Below the pieces are notes generated by a model. The model saw nothing but the letters and a program-made list of their open reading frames with translations. It was not told the origin of the DNA and made no database searches. This document shows, one piece after another, positions 39,879 to 47,911 of a stretch of DNA of 64,000 nucleotides. The DNA is taken from assembly GCA_002779605.1 (NCBI GenBank), contig PEWE01000033.1, forward strand, positions 11,686 to 75,685, given 5' to 3'. Each line of letters begins with the position of its first letter. The stretch's first letter is position 1. Made by a program: the position numbers and the translations under genes. This DNA comes from Zetaproteobacteria bacterium CG06_land_8_20_14_3_00_59_53. Its GTDB lineage: Bacteria > Pseudomonadota > Zetaproteobacteria > Mariprofundales > Mariprofundaceae.

Positions 39879-39937
39879 GCTTGAAAGAAACCGGATATTG
39901 CATATGGTTGCTGCTTCAGATGCATCAGGAGGGTGAG

Positions 39938-40501
39938 ATGAATATGGAAACAGGTAATTCGATTGATAACGGTGTCAACGTCGATGCTTTGGTCGGAGCC
40001 CGGTCGGCACTGACTGATGCACCCGAAGCGGCCAGATTCACATGGCGCGCAACCTGCGAATGGAAGAACGGTACGCATACCTATTCAACGGTGGAGAAGT
40101 TTTTCGGCCTTGGCGGAGAACAGCAGCATAAAACCAGGTTCGGATTCGATGCGGACCACCCCGAAATATTTGCATCCGAAGACAACGGGGCCACACCCGT
40201 TGAATACGTGCTGGTCGGACTGGCGAGTTGTTTGACCGGCGGCATCGCAACCATCGCCCAGTACAGAAATATCCAGCTGCGTTCCGTCATCGCAACCGTT
40301 GAAGGCGATATGGACCTGCAGGGCATTCTGGGAATCGACAGTGATGTTCGTAACGGATACGACGGTATCCGTGTCAGCTATAAAATCGATGCCGATGCAA
40401 GCGATGATGATATCAGGGCGCTGGTGGCCCAGTCGCAAAAGCGTTCGGCTGTTTACGACATGCTCACAAGTCCGACCAACGTCACGGTTGTCGTAGAATA
40501 G
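39938..40501 (+). CDS. OsmC-family protein (paralog 2)
   Basis: AGGAGGG upstream of ATG 39938/39944. NGVNVDALVGA...ATPVEYVLVGLASCLTGG... parallels paralog 1. The track start (TTG 39881) is rejected. Confidence 0.8.
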   Translation: MNMETGNSIDNGVNVDALVGARSALTDAPEAARFTWRATCEWKNGTHTYSTVEKFFGLGGEQQHKTRFGFDADHPEIFASEDNGATPVEYVLVGLASCLTGGIATIAQYRNIQLRSVIATVEGDMDLQGILGIDSDVRNGYDGIRVSYKIDADASDDDIRALVAQSQKRSAVYDMLTSPTNVTVVVE

Positions 40502-40509
40502 GCTGAAGC

Positions 40510-41745
40510 ATGCAGACAATCACCACCGTCGTCATAGGCGCCGGTCATGCCGGGCTGGCCATGAGCAAGTATCTTGGTGATCGCTCGATTGAGCATGTCG
40601 TTCTTGAGCGTGGTGAAGTGGCCAATACTTGGAAAACGGAGCGCTGGGACTCCCTGCGGCTGTTAACACCCAACTGGCAATCCCGTCTGCCGGGCTATGC
40701 CTATGAGGGGGATGAGCCGGATGGTTACCGCGACATGCCAGAGACCATTGCCCTGATCGAGCGCTATGCGGATCTCGTTGCAGCACCTGTGCAGACACAG
40801 ACCCGTGTGACCTGTGTTGAGAAAAACGCCACAGGGTACCGGGTTTCCACCACCCGGGGCGAGTGGCAATGCCGCAGCGTGGTGATGGCGAGCGGCGCCT
40901 TCAACAAGGCATCGGTCCCGGCATTCGCTGATCAGCTCCCGGCGTCGATCGCGATGCTCACCCCGACAACGTACCGCAATCCCGGACAGCTGGAACAAGG
41001 GGGCGTGCTGGTGGTCGGCGCTGCGGCAACGGGACTTCAACTGGCCCGGGAGATCCACCTGTCAGGCCGTCCTGTCACCCTGTCCATTGGTGAGCACACC
41101 CGGGTCCCGCGCAGGTACAGAGGCCGTGATATCCAATGGTGGATGGATAAAACCGGGCGCCATGACGAGTCTTTCGAACAGGTCGACGATATTGTCAGGG
41201 CGAGAAAAGTACCGTCCTTTCAACTGATCGGCTCGGCCGAACATGAAATCATCGACCTCAATGCGCTGCGCGACATCGGCATCAGGCAGATCGGACGTTT
41301 TGTCGGCATGCAGAACGGAAAGGGTCTGTTCGCCGGCTCGCTGCATAATCTATGTGATCTGGCGGATCTCAAAATGAACAGGTTACTCGACGCCATCGAT
41401 GCGTGGATCACAGACAATGGCCTGGATCAGGCGGTTGAACCGCCCCGTCGTTTTCCCCCGACTCAGGTGGACCCCTCTCCCCCGCTTTGCATCGATTTTC
41501 ATACAAGCGACATCAGAACGGTTCTTTGGGCAACGGGTTTCAGGCCCGATTATTCATGGTTGAAGGTTCCCGTTTTCGACCATAAAGGACAGATCCGCCA
41601 TAACGGCGGGGTGATCGAAGATGCCCCCGGACTGTATGTGATGGGCCTGCCGTTCCTGCGCCGCCGCAAATCGACGCTTCTGGACGGGGCCGGAGACGAT
41701 GCGCGCGAGCTCAGCGGGCATCTGTTATCTTATCTGCAGGGTTAA
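40510..41745 (+). CDS. class B flavin-containing monooxygenase / CzcO-like NAD(P)/FAD-dependent oxidoreductase
   Basis: Two dinucleotide motifs (VVIGAGHAGLA; VLVVGAAATGLQLA). Starts 8 nt after osmC paralog 2. Confidence 0.75.
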   Translation: MQTITTVVIGAGHAGLAMSKYLGDRSIEHVVLERGEVANTWKTERWDSLRLLTPNWQSRLPGYAYEGDEPDGYRDMPETIALIERYADLVAAPVQTQTRVTCVEKNATGYRVSTTRGEWQCRSVVMASGAFNKASVPAFADQLPASIAMLTPTTYRNPGQLEQGGVLVVGAAATGLQLAREIHLSGRPVTLSIGEHTRVPRRYRGRDIQWWMDKTGRHDESFEQVDDIVRARKVPSFQLIGSAEHEIIDLNALRDIGIRQIGRFVGMQNGKGLFAGSLHNLCDLADLKMNRLLDAIDAWITDNGLDQAVEPPRRFPPTQVDPSPPLCIDFHTSDIRTVLWATGFRPDYSWLKVPVFDHKGQIRHNGGVIEDAPGLYVMGLPFLRRRKSTLLDGAGDDARELSGHLLSYLQG

Positions 41746-41815
41746 TCAGGGCCGGAAAAGCACTGCCAGGCATGCAGGAGCCGCAGAGGCATGGACTCCT
41801 TCATACCGGGCGCGA

Positions 41816-42631
41816 CTAGAGCGGCATAAAATCCCCGATGCTTGTGGTTCCATCCCTGACGCACAGCAGCGACGATTCGGGTATCTCCGCCCAGTCTTCG
41901 GACATGAAATCCAGCGGTTCGGATACCACGATCACCGCACCTTCGGGCAGCGGTTCGTAGCTGTCATGCAGCTCGCGCAGGGAATGCGGGTGTTTGCTGT
42001 GATACAGGGTGCGTGATTGCCGGTGGCTGGAGTAGCGCACCGCCCAGATACTCGTTCCATCCGTGGCACACGCCGAGAAACAGATCGGCAATTCGATACC
42101 CGCGGCCTGACGGGCGCGCTCCACATGGCCGATGGTCCGGGCCAGTGCAGCGGGAGCGTCTTCGCGCAGCCCGAAGCTCAGGGCGAGAAAAAACAGGGTT
42201 TCGGAATCCGACGAGCCGGCGATTGACGGAAACAATTCGGGGGCGACGTCGAACTGCAACTGCCGCTTCAGTTTAGCGAATTCGGGAATCGATCCGTTGT
42301 GCTGGAACAGCCAGTTCTCGAAACAGAACGGGTGACAGTTGGTGCTCTGCACCGAGGTGCCGGTAGCGGCACGCACATGCGACAAAAACAGCCCGGAGTT
42401 GATATGCGCAGCAAGCGAACGGATGTTTACATCGTTCCATGCCGGCTGAGTGCTATGATAAACACCCGGATTTTTCTGCGCGCCGTACCAGCCGATTCCG
42501 AACCCATCGCCGTTGGTGGTTTCGATGTTTTGCAGCGCGTGCCGGCTCTGATCGATCATCGAGTGTTCCGGATTGGTGAGCAGATCGCTCATCGCAATGG
42601 GTGCCCCACTATAAGCCAGCCAGCGGCACAT
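41816..42631 (-). CDS. class II (Ntn) glutamine amidotransferase-fold hydrolase, EgtC-like
   Basis: Start MCRWLAYSG... gives the obligatory Cys2 nucleophile; GDGFGIGWY. ATG 42631 lies 1 nt after the upstream stop. The track start 42718 is rejected. Confidence 0.75.
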   Translation of the reverse strand: MCRWLAYSGAPIAMSDLLTNPEHSMIDQSRHALQNIETTNGDGFGIGWYGAQKNPGVYHSTQPAWNDVNIRSLAAHINSGLFLSHVRAATGTSVQSTNCHPFCFENWLFQHNGSIPEFAKLKRQLQFDVAPELFPSIAGSSDSETLFFLALSFGLREDAPAALARTIGHVERARQAAGIELPICFSACATDGTSIWAVRYSSHRQSRTLYHSKHPHSLRELHDSYEPLPEGAVIVVSEPLDFMSEDWAEIPESSLLCVRDGTTSIGDFMPL

Positions 42632-42632
42632 A

Positions 42633-43289
42633 TCAGGCAGTGCCGGACCTTTCTTTGGCCGCCACAGTAAGGAAGCCGCGACTCTTTTGCGAGGTCGGGT
42701 CGATCTCGACCAGGGCATCGTGCAGTAGCTCGGCCTTCACCCAGCACGGCGGCAGCTTGAACCGCGCCACATCCATCACCAGAAAGCGATCCTCGGCGCG
42801 GTGATAGGCTGCCACCGGGGAAAAGTGCCCGGCGCCCTCTTCGTTGAACACGCGCCGGTTAAAATCCAGGATGATGCGCTTGCCGTCATGTTGCAGACTT
42901 TCGATCAGGATTTCGCGACAACGGTTCAGGTCGTAATCCGCGCCGAAGTATGTTTCCACTTCCACATCAAGCGCATCCAGAATATCGGCCAGCTGCTCCA
43001 GCGTGTTGCCGCCCATTTCGACGTCCAGCGGACGGCGGCGCTGCAACACGTTGTGCGTGAAAATATTTTCCTGCGTGAACATGGTATACGGATAAATCTG
43101 CGGGTCTTCCGGCGCATCGATGGCCAATGAGTTAAGCACCATCACGCTGCTGGCGATGCCGCAGTAGGTTAGAAACAGCTGGGTCTCGAAATAACGCCCG
43201 ACAGACCAGAAATGGTTTTTAACCTCCGCCGAGTGGAAAAGCTCCGAGCCTTCCGCTGTGTCCAGAAACACAAGGTCGCCTGATTTCAT
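42633..43289 (-). CDS. phytochelatin synthase-like papain-fold enzyme (bacterial half-PCS)
   Basis: Catalytic triad contexts YCGIASSVMVLNSL (Cys), GHFSPVAAYH (His) and VMDVARFKLPPCWV (Asp) match PCS signatures (YCGLASLSMVLNAL, GHFSPIGGY, DVARFKYPPHWV). Confidence 0.8.
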   Translation of the reverse strand: MKSGDLVFLDTAEGSELFHSAEVKNHFWSVGRYFETQLFLTYCGIASSVMVLNSLAIDAPEDPQIYPYTMFTQENIFTHNVLQRRRPLDVEMGGNTLEQLADILDALDVEVETYFGADYDLNRCREILIESLQHDGKRIILDFNRRVFNEEGAGHFSPVAAYHRAEDRFLVMDVARFKLPPCWVKAELLHDALVEIDPTSQKSRGFLTVAAKERSGTA

Positions 43290-43337
43290 GCAATTCCCCC
43301 TTGTCGATATCGTATTGAACCGCCAGCCATGCCCGTT

Positions 43338-43601
43338 TCAGGATATTCCGGCTTCCTCGATCTCTTCTTCCAGCACAAGGCTTTCCGTTCCTTCGAGCAC
43401 AAGCAGCAGCGCTTCGAGCACCTTGATACTGCCGAACAGGATCAGGCCATGGTGCACACCGACATCAACACCGATGAAGTCTTCAAACACTGTTTCATAG
43501 GCGTCGCAGATGCCGACAACGACCAGCGCTATGCCGACGACGATCGACGTCGCCGGGTGCTTGAGAATACCGCGCAGCAGCTTTATCAGTTCGTCTCTCA
43601 T
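43338..43601 (-). CDS. hypothetical small membrane protein
   Basis: GGAGG lies 7 nt before ATG 43601 (MRDELIKLL...). Two hydrophobic segments and an acidic tail EEEIEEAGIS. Confidence 0.5.
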   Translation of the reverse strand: MRDELIKLLRGILKHPATSIVVGIALVVVGICDAYETVFEDFIGVDVGVHHGLILFGSIKVLEALLLVLEGTESLVLEEEIEEAGIS

Positions 43602-43782
43602 GGACACCCCTCCCATCTGAATTGGACACGAAAACTGCACAATTGCCCTGTTCGTCGCAAGCCGAGGGGCAAGCCCGGTTGCCACCATTCATCGCACTGC
43701 ACCTTAAGCATCGGTACAGCAAAGCTTGCATGCAGAAATACAATGCCGGAAGCGGTTTTATATCAGTACGGTCAACGCCTGT

Positions 43783-44598
43783 TCAGCCGCATGCACGACG
43801 GTGTCGCAGCACGGGGAACTGAGTGCGAATGGACTCCAGTGCACTGCGCGACATATCGGCGATCAATACCCCGTTTCCTGCTTTCTGTTTCACCAGCACC
43901 TCGCCCCACGGGCTGACAATCATCGAGTGTCCGTATGTGACCCGCCCGCCCGGATGCGTGCCGGTTTGTCCGGCGGCCAGCACAAAGCATTGGTTCTCGA
44001 TGGCGCGGGCGCGCAGCAAGGCCTTCCAATGGGCCTTGCCTGTCGGCACGGTGAAGGCCGATGGAACCGTCAGCACACTGCATCCGGCAGCCGAATAATG
44101 CTGGTACAAGGCCGGGAAGCGCAGGTCATAGCAAATGCTCAGACCCACATTCCAGCCATCGATATCGACAAGCTGCGGCGCGTCCCCTGCCCTAATCAGA
44201 TCCGATTCTCGGTAGGCCTCGCCAACCACATCGGCATCGAACAGATGCATCTTGTCGTAAACCGCAAGCCTTTCGCCCGATCGTGAGAACGCCACGCAGC
44301 TATTGCGCAGTTTGTCGCCGTGCGCATCGCGCAGCAGCACGCTGCCGCCGATCACGGCCATGCCGAGCTTTACAGCCTGCTCGCCGAGAAAATCCAGCAC
44401 ATGGGACTTGTCTTCGGCCTCTGCAACACGCCGCTTGGCCGCATCATCCAGAGCCATGAACGCAAAATTCTCCGGCAGCAGGGCCAGCCTTGTCCCCAGA
44501 CCGGCAGCACGCTGCAACAACTCGCCGGCCTGCAACAGATTGCTCGCGACATCATCGACCGAATTCATCTGGATCACGGCAACACGCATCGACTCCAT
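43783..44598 (-). CDS. carbon-nitrogen hydrolase (nitrilase superfamily, omega-amidase/Nit-like)
   Basis: MRVAVIQMNS..., LPENF, ...YDKMHLF..., ICYDLRFP (catalytic Cys). ATG 44598 is preceded by GGAGAG. Confidence 0.85.
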   Translation of the reverse strand: MESMRVAVIQMNSVDDVASNLLQAGELLQRAAGLGTRLALLPENFAFMALDDAAKRRVAEAEDKSHVLDFLGEQAVKLGMAVIGGSVLLRDAHGDKLRNSCVAFSRSGERLAVYDKMHLFDADVVGEAYRESDLIRAGDAPQLVDIDGWNVGLSICYDLRFPALYQHYSAAGCSVLTVPSAFTVPTGKAHWKALLRARAIENQCFVLAAGQTGTHPGGRVTYGHSMIVSPWGEVLVKQKAGNGVLIADMSRSALESIRTQFPVLRHRRACG

Positions 44599-44599
44599 C

Positions 44600-45496
44600 T
44601 CAGCTCTCCGAGCCCGTTGCAAATCGTCCGATGCCGAGCACGGCACCCATATTGGCGTTCTCGCGGATCACCGGCACCAGTTCGCCACCTGTGCTGCTCA
44701 TCAAGGTCATCATGCCCGGCCCGTGACCGCCCAGCGGGGAATCCGAATGAATCACCACGCCGATGGTCAAAGCACCCTTGCGGTAGGTGCGCCCGAAGCG
44801 GTTGTCGTGATCCACCACGGCCACGAAATCGCCGAAACGCAGGCGATCAAGTCCATGCGCCTTCACCGTTTCCTCGTCCTGACACAGGATGTCGTAATCG
44901 CCGGTAGTCACCGACAGCGAACCGATGCCCGAACCCATCGCATGTCCCGGCACGATCACATGTACCGGCACCTCGATCTTTCCATCGCTCGTCTCGCGCA
45001 GACCCCACTGCTCGAACAGATCGGGATCGGTGTTATATATATGCACATCCGGATAATCCAGCAGGCTCAACCCCTGCCCGTAACCGCGCACCAGAAACTT
45101 GTCGTCGCAGGTCAGCATATCCAGCGTCTCGTCATCGAATTGCAGCATCAGATGCTCCACCCCGCCGTGATGCCCCAGCACACGTCCCCTGGCACCCTTG
45201 GCGGCTCCGGAGATCACCCGCACCTCGTTACCGCAGCAGGACAGGAACTGGTAACCCGCCTCGCACTTACGATTCTTGTGATCCAGCGTCGTGGATACAC
45301 CCGGTTCGATATGTTCACCGGCCCAGCCGAACACCGAATCGCCGACCTTGACGTTGTAGGTTATACCGCCGGTGGAAGGCCAGGCGATGATCTCCCCTCT
45401 GGAACCGACTTCGAACGGCGCCCACTGATGTGCTGCGGCCACCCCGCCCTGCACGGCGGTCATGACAAGCTTATCCCGGTTGGTTTTCAGGCTCAT
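44600..45496 (-). CDS. conserved hypothetical soluble protein (possibly DUF4438-like; family recalled with low certainty)
   Basis: 298-aa ORF with protein-like composition. Stop/start coupled to trmB upstream and the nitrilase-family gene downstream. Confidence 0.55.
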   Translation of the reverse strand: MSLKTNRDKLVMTAVQGGVAAAHQWAPFEVGSRGEIIAWPSTGGITYNVKVGDSVFGWAGEHIEPGVSTTLDHKNRKCEAGYQFLSCCGNEVRVISGAAKGARGRVLGHHGGVEHLMLQFDDETLDMLTCDDKFLVRGYGQGLSLLDYPDVHIYNTDPDLFEQWGLRETSDGKIEVPVHVIVPGHAMGSGIGSLSVTTGDYDILCQDEETVKAHGLDRLRFGDFVAVVDHDNRFGRTYRKGALTIGVVIHSDSPLGGHGPGMMTLMSSTGGELVPVIRENANMGAVLGIGRFATGSES

Positions 45497-46200
45497 GTCG
45501 TCTCCTTGATGTAATGCAGAAACTGGCTGCCGCGACCTTCTTTATGACCGCGCTGTTCGAATTTGGTCTCGGGCCGGTCCGCATCGCGCGGCACATATCC
45601 GCCGATACCGGCCACATTGCGCAGACCCGGCGTGGCATCGAGGATATCGCGCATCCATTCCGCCAGATCCGGCTTGTCACTGGCCAGCTTGATAAAGCCG
45701 CCCTCTTTCACCCTTGATGCCAGCAGCAGGGCGAAATCCTTCTGAATGATCCGGCGCTTGTGGTGGCGCGGCTTGGGCCATGGATCGGGATGATTGATGA
45801 TCACACCGTCCAGTTGTCCCTCGGCCACCTGATGTTCGAGCACGAACTGTGCAGGAATTTGTGTGATACGGCAGCGCTTGATCACCCCTGCATCTTCCAG
45901 CCGTCCCACCGCCTTGGCCACGCCGGGCAAATAGATCTCCGCGCCGATCAGCGTCCAGTCGGGATGGCTCGCGGCCATATGCACCAGAAAATCGCCGTTA
46001 CCGAAGCCGATCTCGAGCACGATGGGCGAGCCTGCCGGGATATCGGCATCGGCCAGCGTCATCTCCTTCTGCAGGCCGATCACCGGCAGCCAGCGTAGCA
46101 GGCGCTCTTCCTGACCGGTGGTGACAAAGCCGTTCTTGCGCCCGTAGGTGCGCATCTCATGTTGTACAAACTGTTTACGGAATTCGGGACTCAATCGCAT
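45493..46200 (-). CDS. trmB: tRNA (guanine46-N7)-methyltransferase
   Basis: LEIGFGNGDFLVHMA..., INHPDPWPKPRHHKRRII motifs. Confidence 0.9.
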   Translation of the reverse strand: MRLSPEFRKQFVQHEMRTYGRKNGFVTTGQEERLLRWLPVIGLQKEMTLADADIPAGSPIVLEIGFGNGDFLVHMAASHPDWTLIGAEIYLPGVAKAVGRLEDAGVIKRCRITQIPAQFVLEHQVAEGQLDGVIINHPDPWPKPRHHKRRIIQKDFALLLASRVKEGGFIKLASDKPDLAEWMRDILDATPGLRNVAGIGGYVPRDADRPETKFEQRGHKEGRGSQFLHYIKETT

Positions 46201-46265
46201 GGCTGCATCCTAGCGCCGTTTGTCAACGTAGCCACCTGCCTTCCGTATCACTATCATGCGGCTCA

Positions 46266-47243
46266 ATGAGCACTTCGAAAAAAGCAACAACCAGACCTGC
46301 AACGCCCCGCTGCGATCTATGCGGTGGTGTTGATTTCAGCATCATCTCCGCCAGCGACCGGCATGGCGAGGCCCTGCAGACCGGCTTGTGCCGCGACTGC
46401 GGCCTGGTCATGCACCTTCCGGTGCCCTCCGAAGCAGAGGTCGCCGAATACTATGCCACGCGTTACCGGCAGGATTATCATGGTGAACAGGTTCCCAATG
46501 CACGCCGCGTGATGCGCGCCTGGAACAATGGCGAGCGCATCCATCGTCAACTGACGCCCTACCTGAGCGGAAGTGAATCAGTCTTTGAGATCGGTGCCGG
46601 CATCGGTTGCACGGTCAAGGCCTTCGAGACCCACGGGCACAGTGCCGCGGGTATCGAACCGAACCGCGATTTCAACAGCTACTCGCGCTCGAAGCTGTTC
46701 ACCCGGATTGAAAACACCAACCTGTATGACCTCAACGATGCCGGCTCGCCGCAGCTGATTCTGCTGATCCATGTGATCGAGCATTTCTCCTCGCCACGTC
46801 GCGCACTGACCCACATCCACAGCCTGCTGGCCGATGGCGGCCTGTTCTATGTGGAGTGTCCGAACCTGACCGGTCCGTTCGCCACCTTCGACCGCATGTT
46901 CCATTATGCGCATATCTACAATTTCACACCGCAAACCCTGCAGGCCATGGTCGAGAGTTGTGGTTTCGAAAAGGTTGCAACGCTCACCGGCGAAGACAAC
47001 CCCGATATCCATATGCTGTTCCGCAAGGCCAAGGCCAAACCGGCCATTGCACCGCTGCAGCGCCACTCGCTGCATGTCGAGGCCGTGCTGAACCGGCACA
47101 ATGCCATCACCTATCATCTGCGCCCGGTGTACCTGATGCGTCGCGTACAAAAGCTATGGTCGTATATGGTTGAAGGGCTCACCGCCGGTATGTTTGTCAA
47201 CCGGCTGCTGTCCAGACTGGCGAAGCAGGCTGCCAAAGACTGA
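46266..47243 (+). CDS. class I SAM-dependent methyltransferase with N-terminal CxxC...CxxC zinc ribbon
   Basis: CDLCGG...CRDCG; SAM motif VFEIGAGIGCTV. Confidence 0.7.
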   Translation: MSTSKKATTRPATPRCDLCGGVDFSIISASDRHGEALQTGLCRDCGLVMHLPVPSEAEVAEYYATRYRQDYHGEQVPNARRVMRAWNNGERIHRQLTPYLSGSESVFEIGAGIGCTVKAFETHGHSAAGIEPNRDFNSYSRSKLFTRIENTNLYDLNDAGSPQLILLIHVIEHFSSPRRALTHIHSLLADGGLFYVECPNLTGPFATFDRMFHYAHIYNFTPQTLQAMVESCGFEKVATLTGEDNPDIHMLFRKAKAKPAIAPLQRHSLHVEAVLNRHNAITYHLRPVYLMRRVQKLWSYMVEGLTAGMFVNRLLSRLAKQAAKD

Positions 47244-47279
47244 GCCATCCGGCTCTGACCCGGCGGATTATGCGGTTTC

Positions 47280-47888
47280 CTACTGCCAGTCTCCGGCACC
47301 CTGACGGATCAATTCAGGGGCTTCCCCGCAAAGATCCACCACCGTGGTCGGTTCCAGTCCGCCCCAGCCTGCATCCATGACCAGCAGGTTCTGACTCTTC
47401 AGTCGTTCCACGAATAAATCCGGATCGATCGCCGCATCCGTTTCACCGGGAAAGATCAGACTGGTAGCGAGCAGCGGCTCGCCCAGCTCCTGAAGCAGCA
47501 TCTGGCAGACGGCATGTTGCGGGATACGCAGCCCGACATCGCGGCGCTTGCCGAACACACGCTTCGGCAATTGCGAGTTGGCCGGCAGGATGAAGGTGTA
47601 AGGGCCCGGCAGGCAGCGGCGCAGGATACGGTGTGCCTCGTTATCCATGCGCACATAGGATGCCGCCTGCGACAGATCACTGCAGATCAGAGACCACAGA
47701 TGCTGATCGTCCAGTCTGCGCAGTGAGCTGAAACCTGACAGCGCATCAAGCGCCGTGGGCAGGGCCATCAGCGCATAGGTGGCATCGGTCGGTACCACCG
47801 CTCCCGCGCCCTTGCGCAGATATTCGGCAGCATGCGCGATGAGCCTTGCCTGCGGCCGCTCGGCATGCAGGCGCAGTCGTTCAAACAT
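47280..47888 (-). CDS. YrdC/Sua5-domain L-threonylcarbamoyladenylate synthase family protein
   Basis: VVPTDATYAL..., ...LRIPQHAVCQMLLQELGEPLLATS... pattern of the YrdC domain. Confidence 0.7.
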   Translation of the reverse strand: MFERLRLHAERPQARLIAHAAEYLRKGAGAVVPTDATYALMALPTALDALSGFSSLRRLDDQHLWSLICSDLSQAASYVRMDNEAHRILRRCLPGPYTFILPANSQLPKRVFGKRRDVGLRIPQHAVCQMLLQELGEPLLATSLIFPGETDAAIDPDLFVERLKSQNLLVMDAGWGGLEPTTVVDLCGEAPELIRQGAGDWQ

Positions 47889-47911
47889 CGATACACCCGA
47901 ACGTCATCTCT

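Noticed and set aside
36925-41745. Violacein/rebeccamycin-like bisindole pathway (oxidase = VioA/RebO, ferritin-like = VioB/RebD, monooxygenase = VioC/D)
   Set aside because: The oxidase resembles the COG2907 family (…GAGLHEECWISG C-terminus, VNDFN...Y.NL...LGV) rather than VioA/RebO. The ferritin-like protein is only about 40% of VioB length. There is no VioE/RebP/RebC analogue. I keep it only as a weak alternative.
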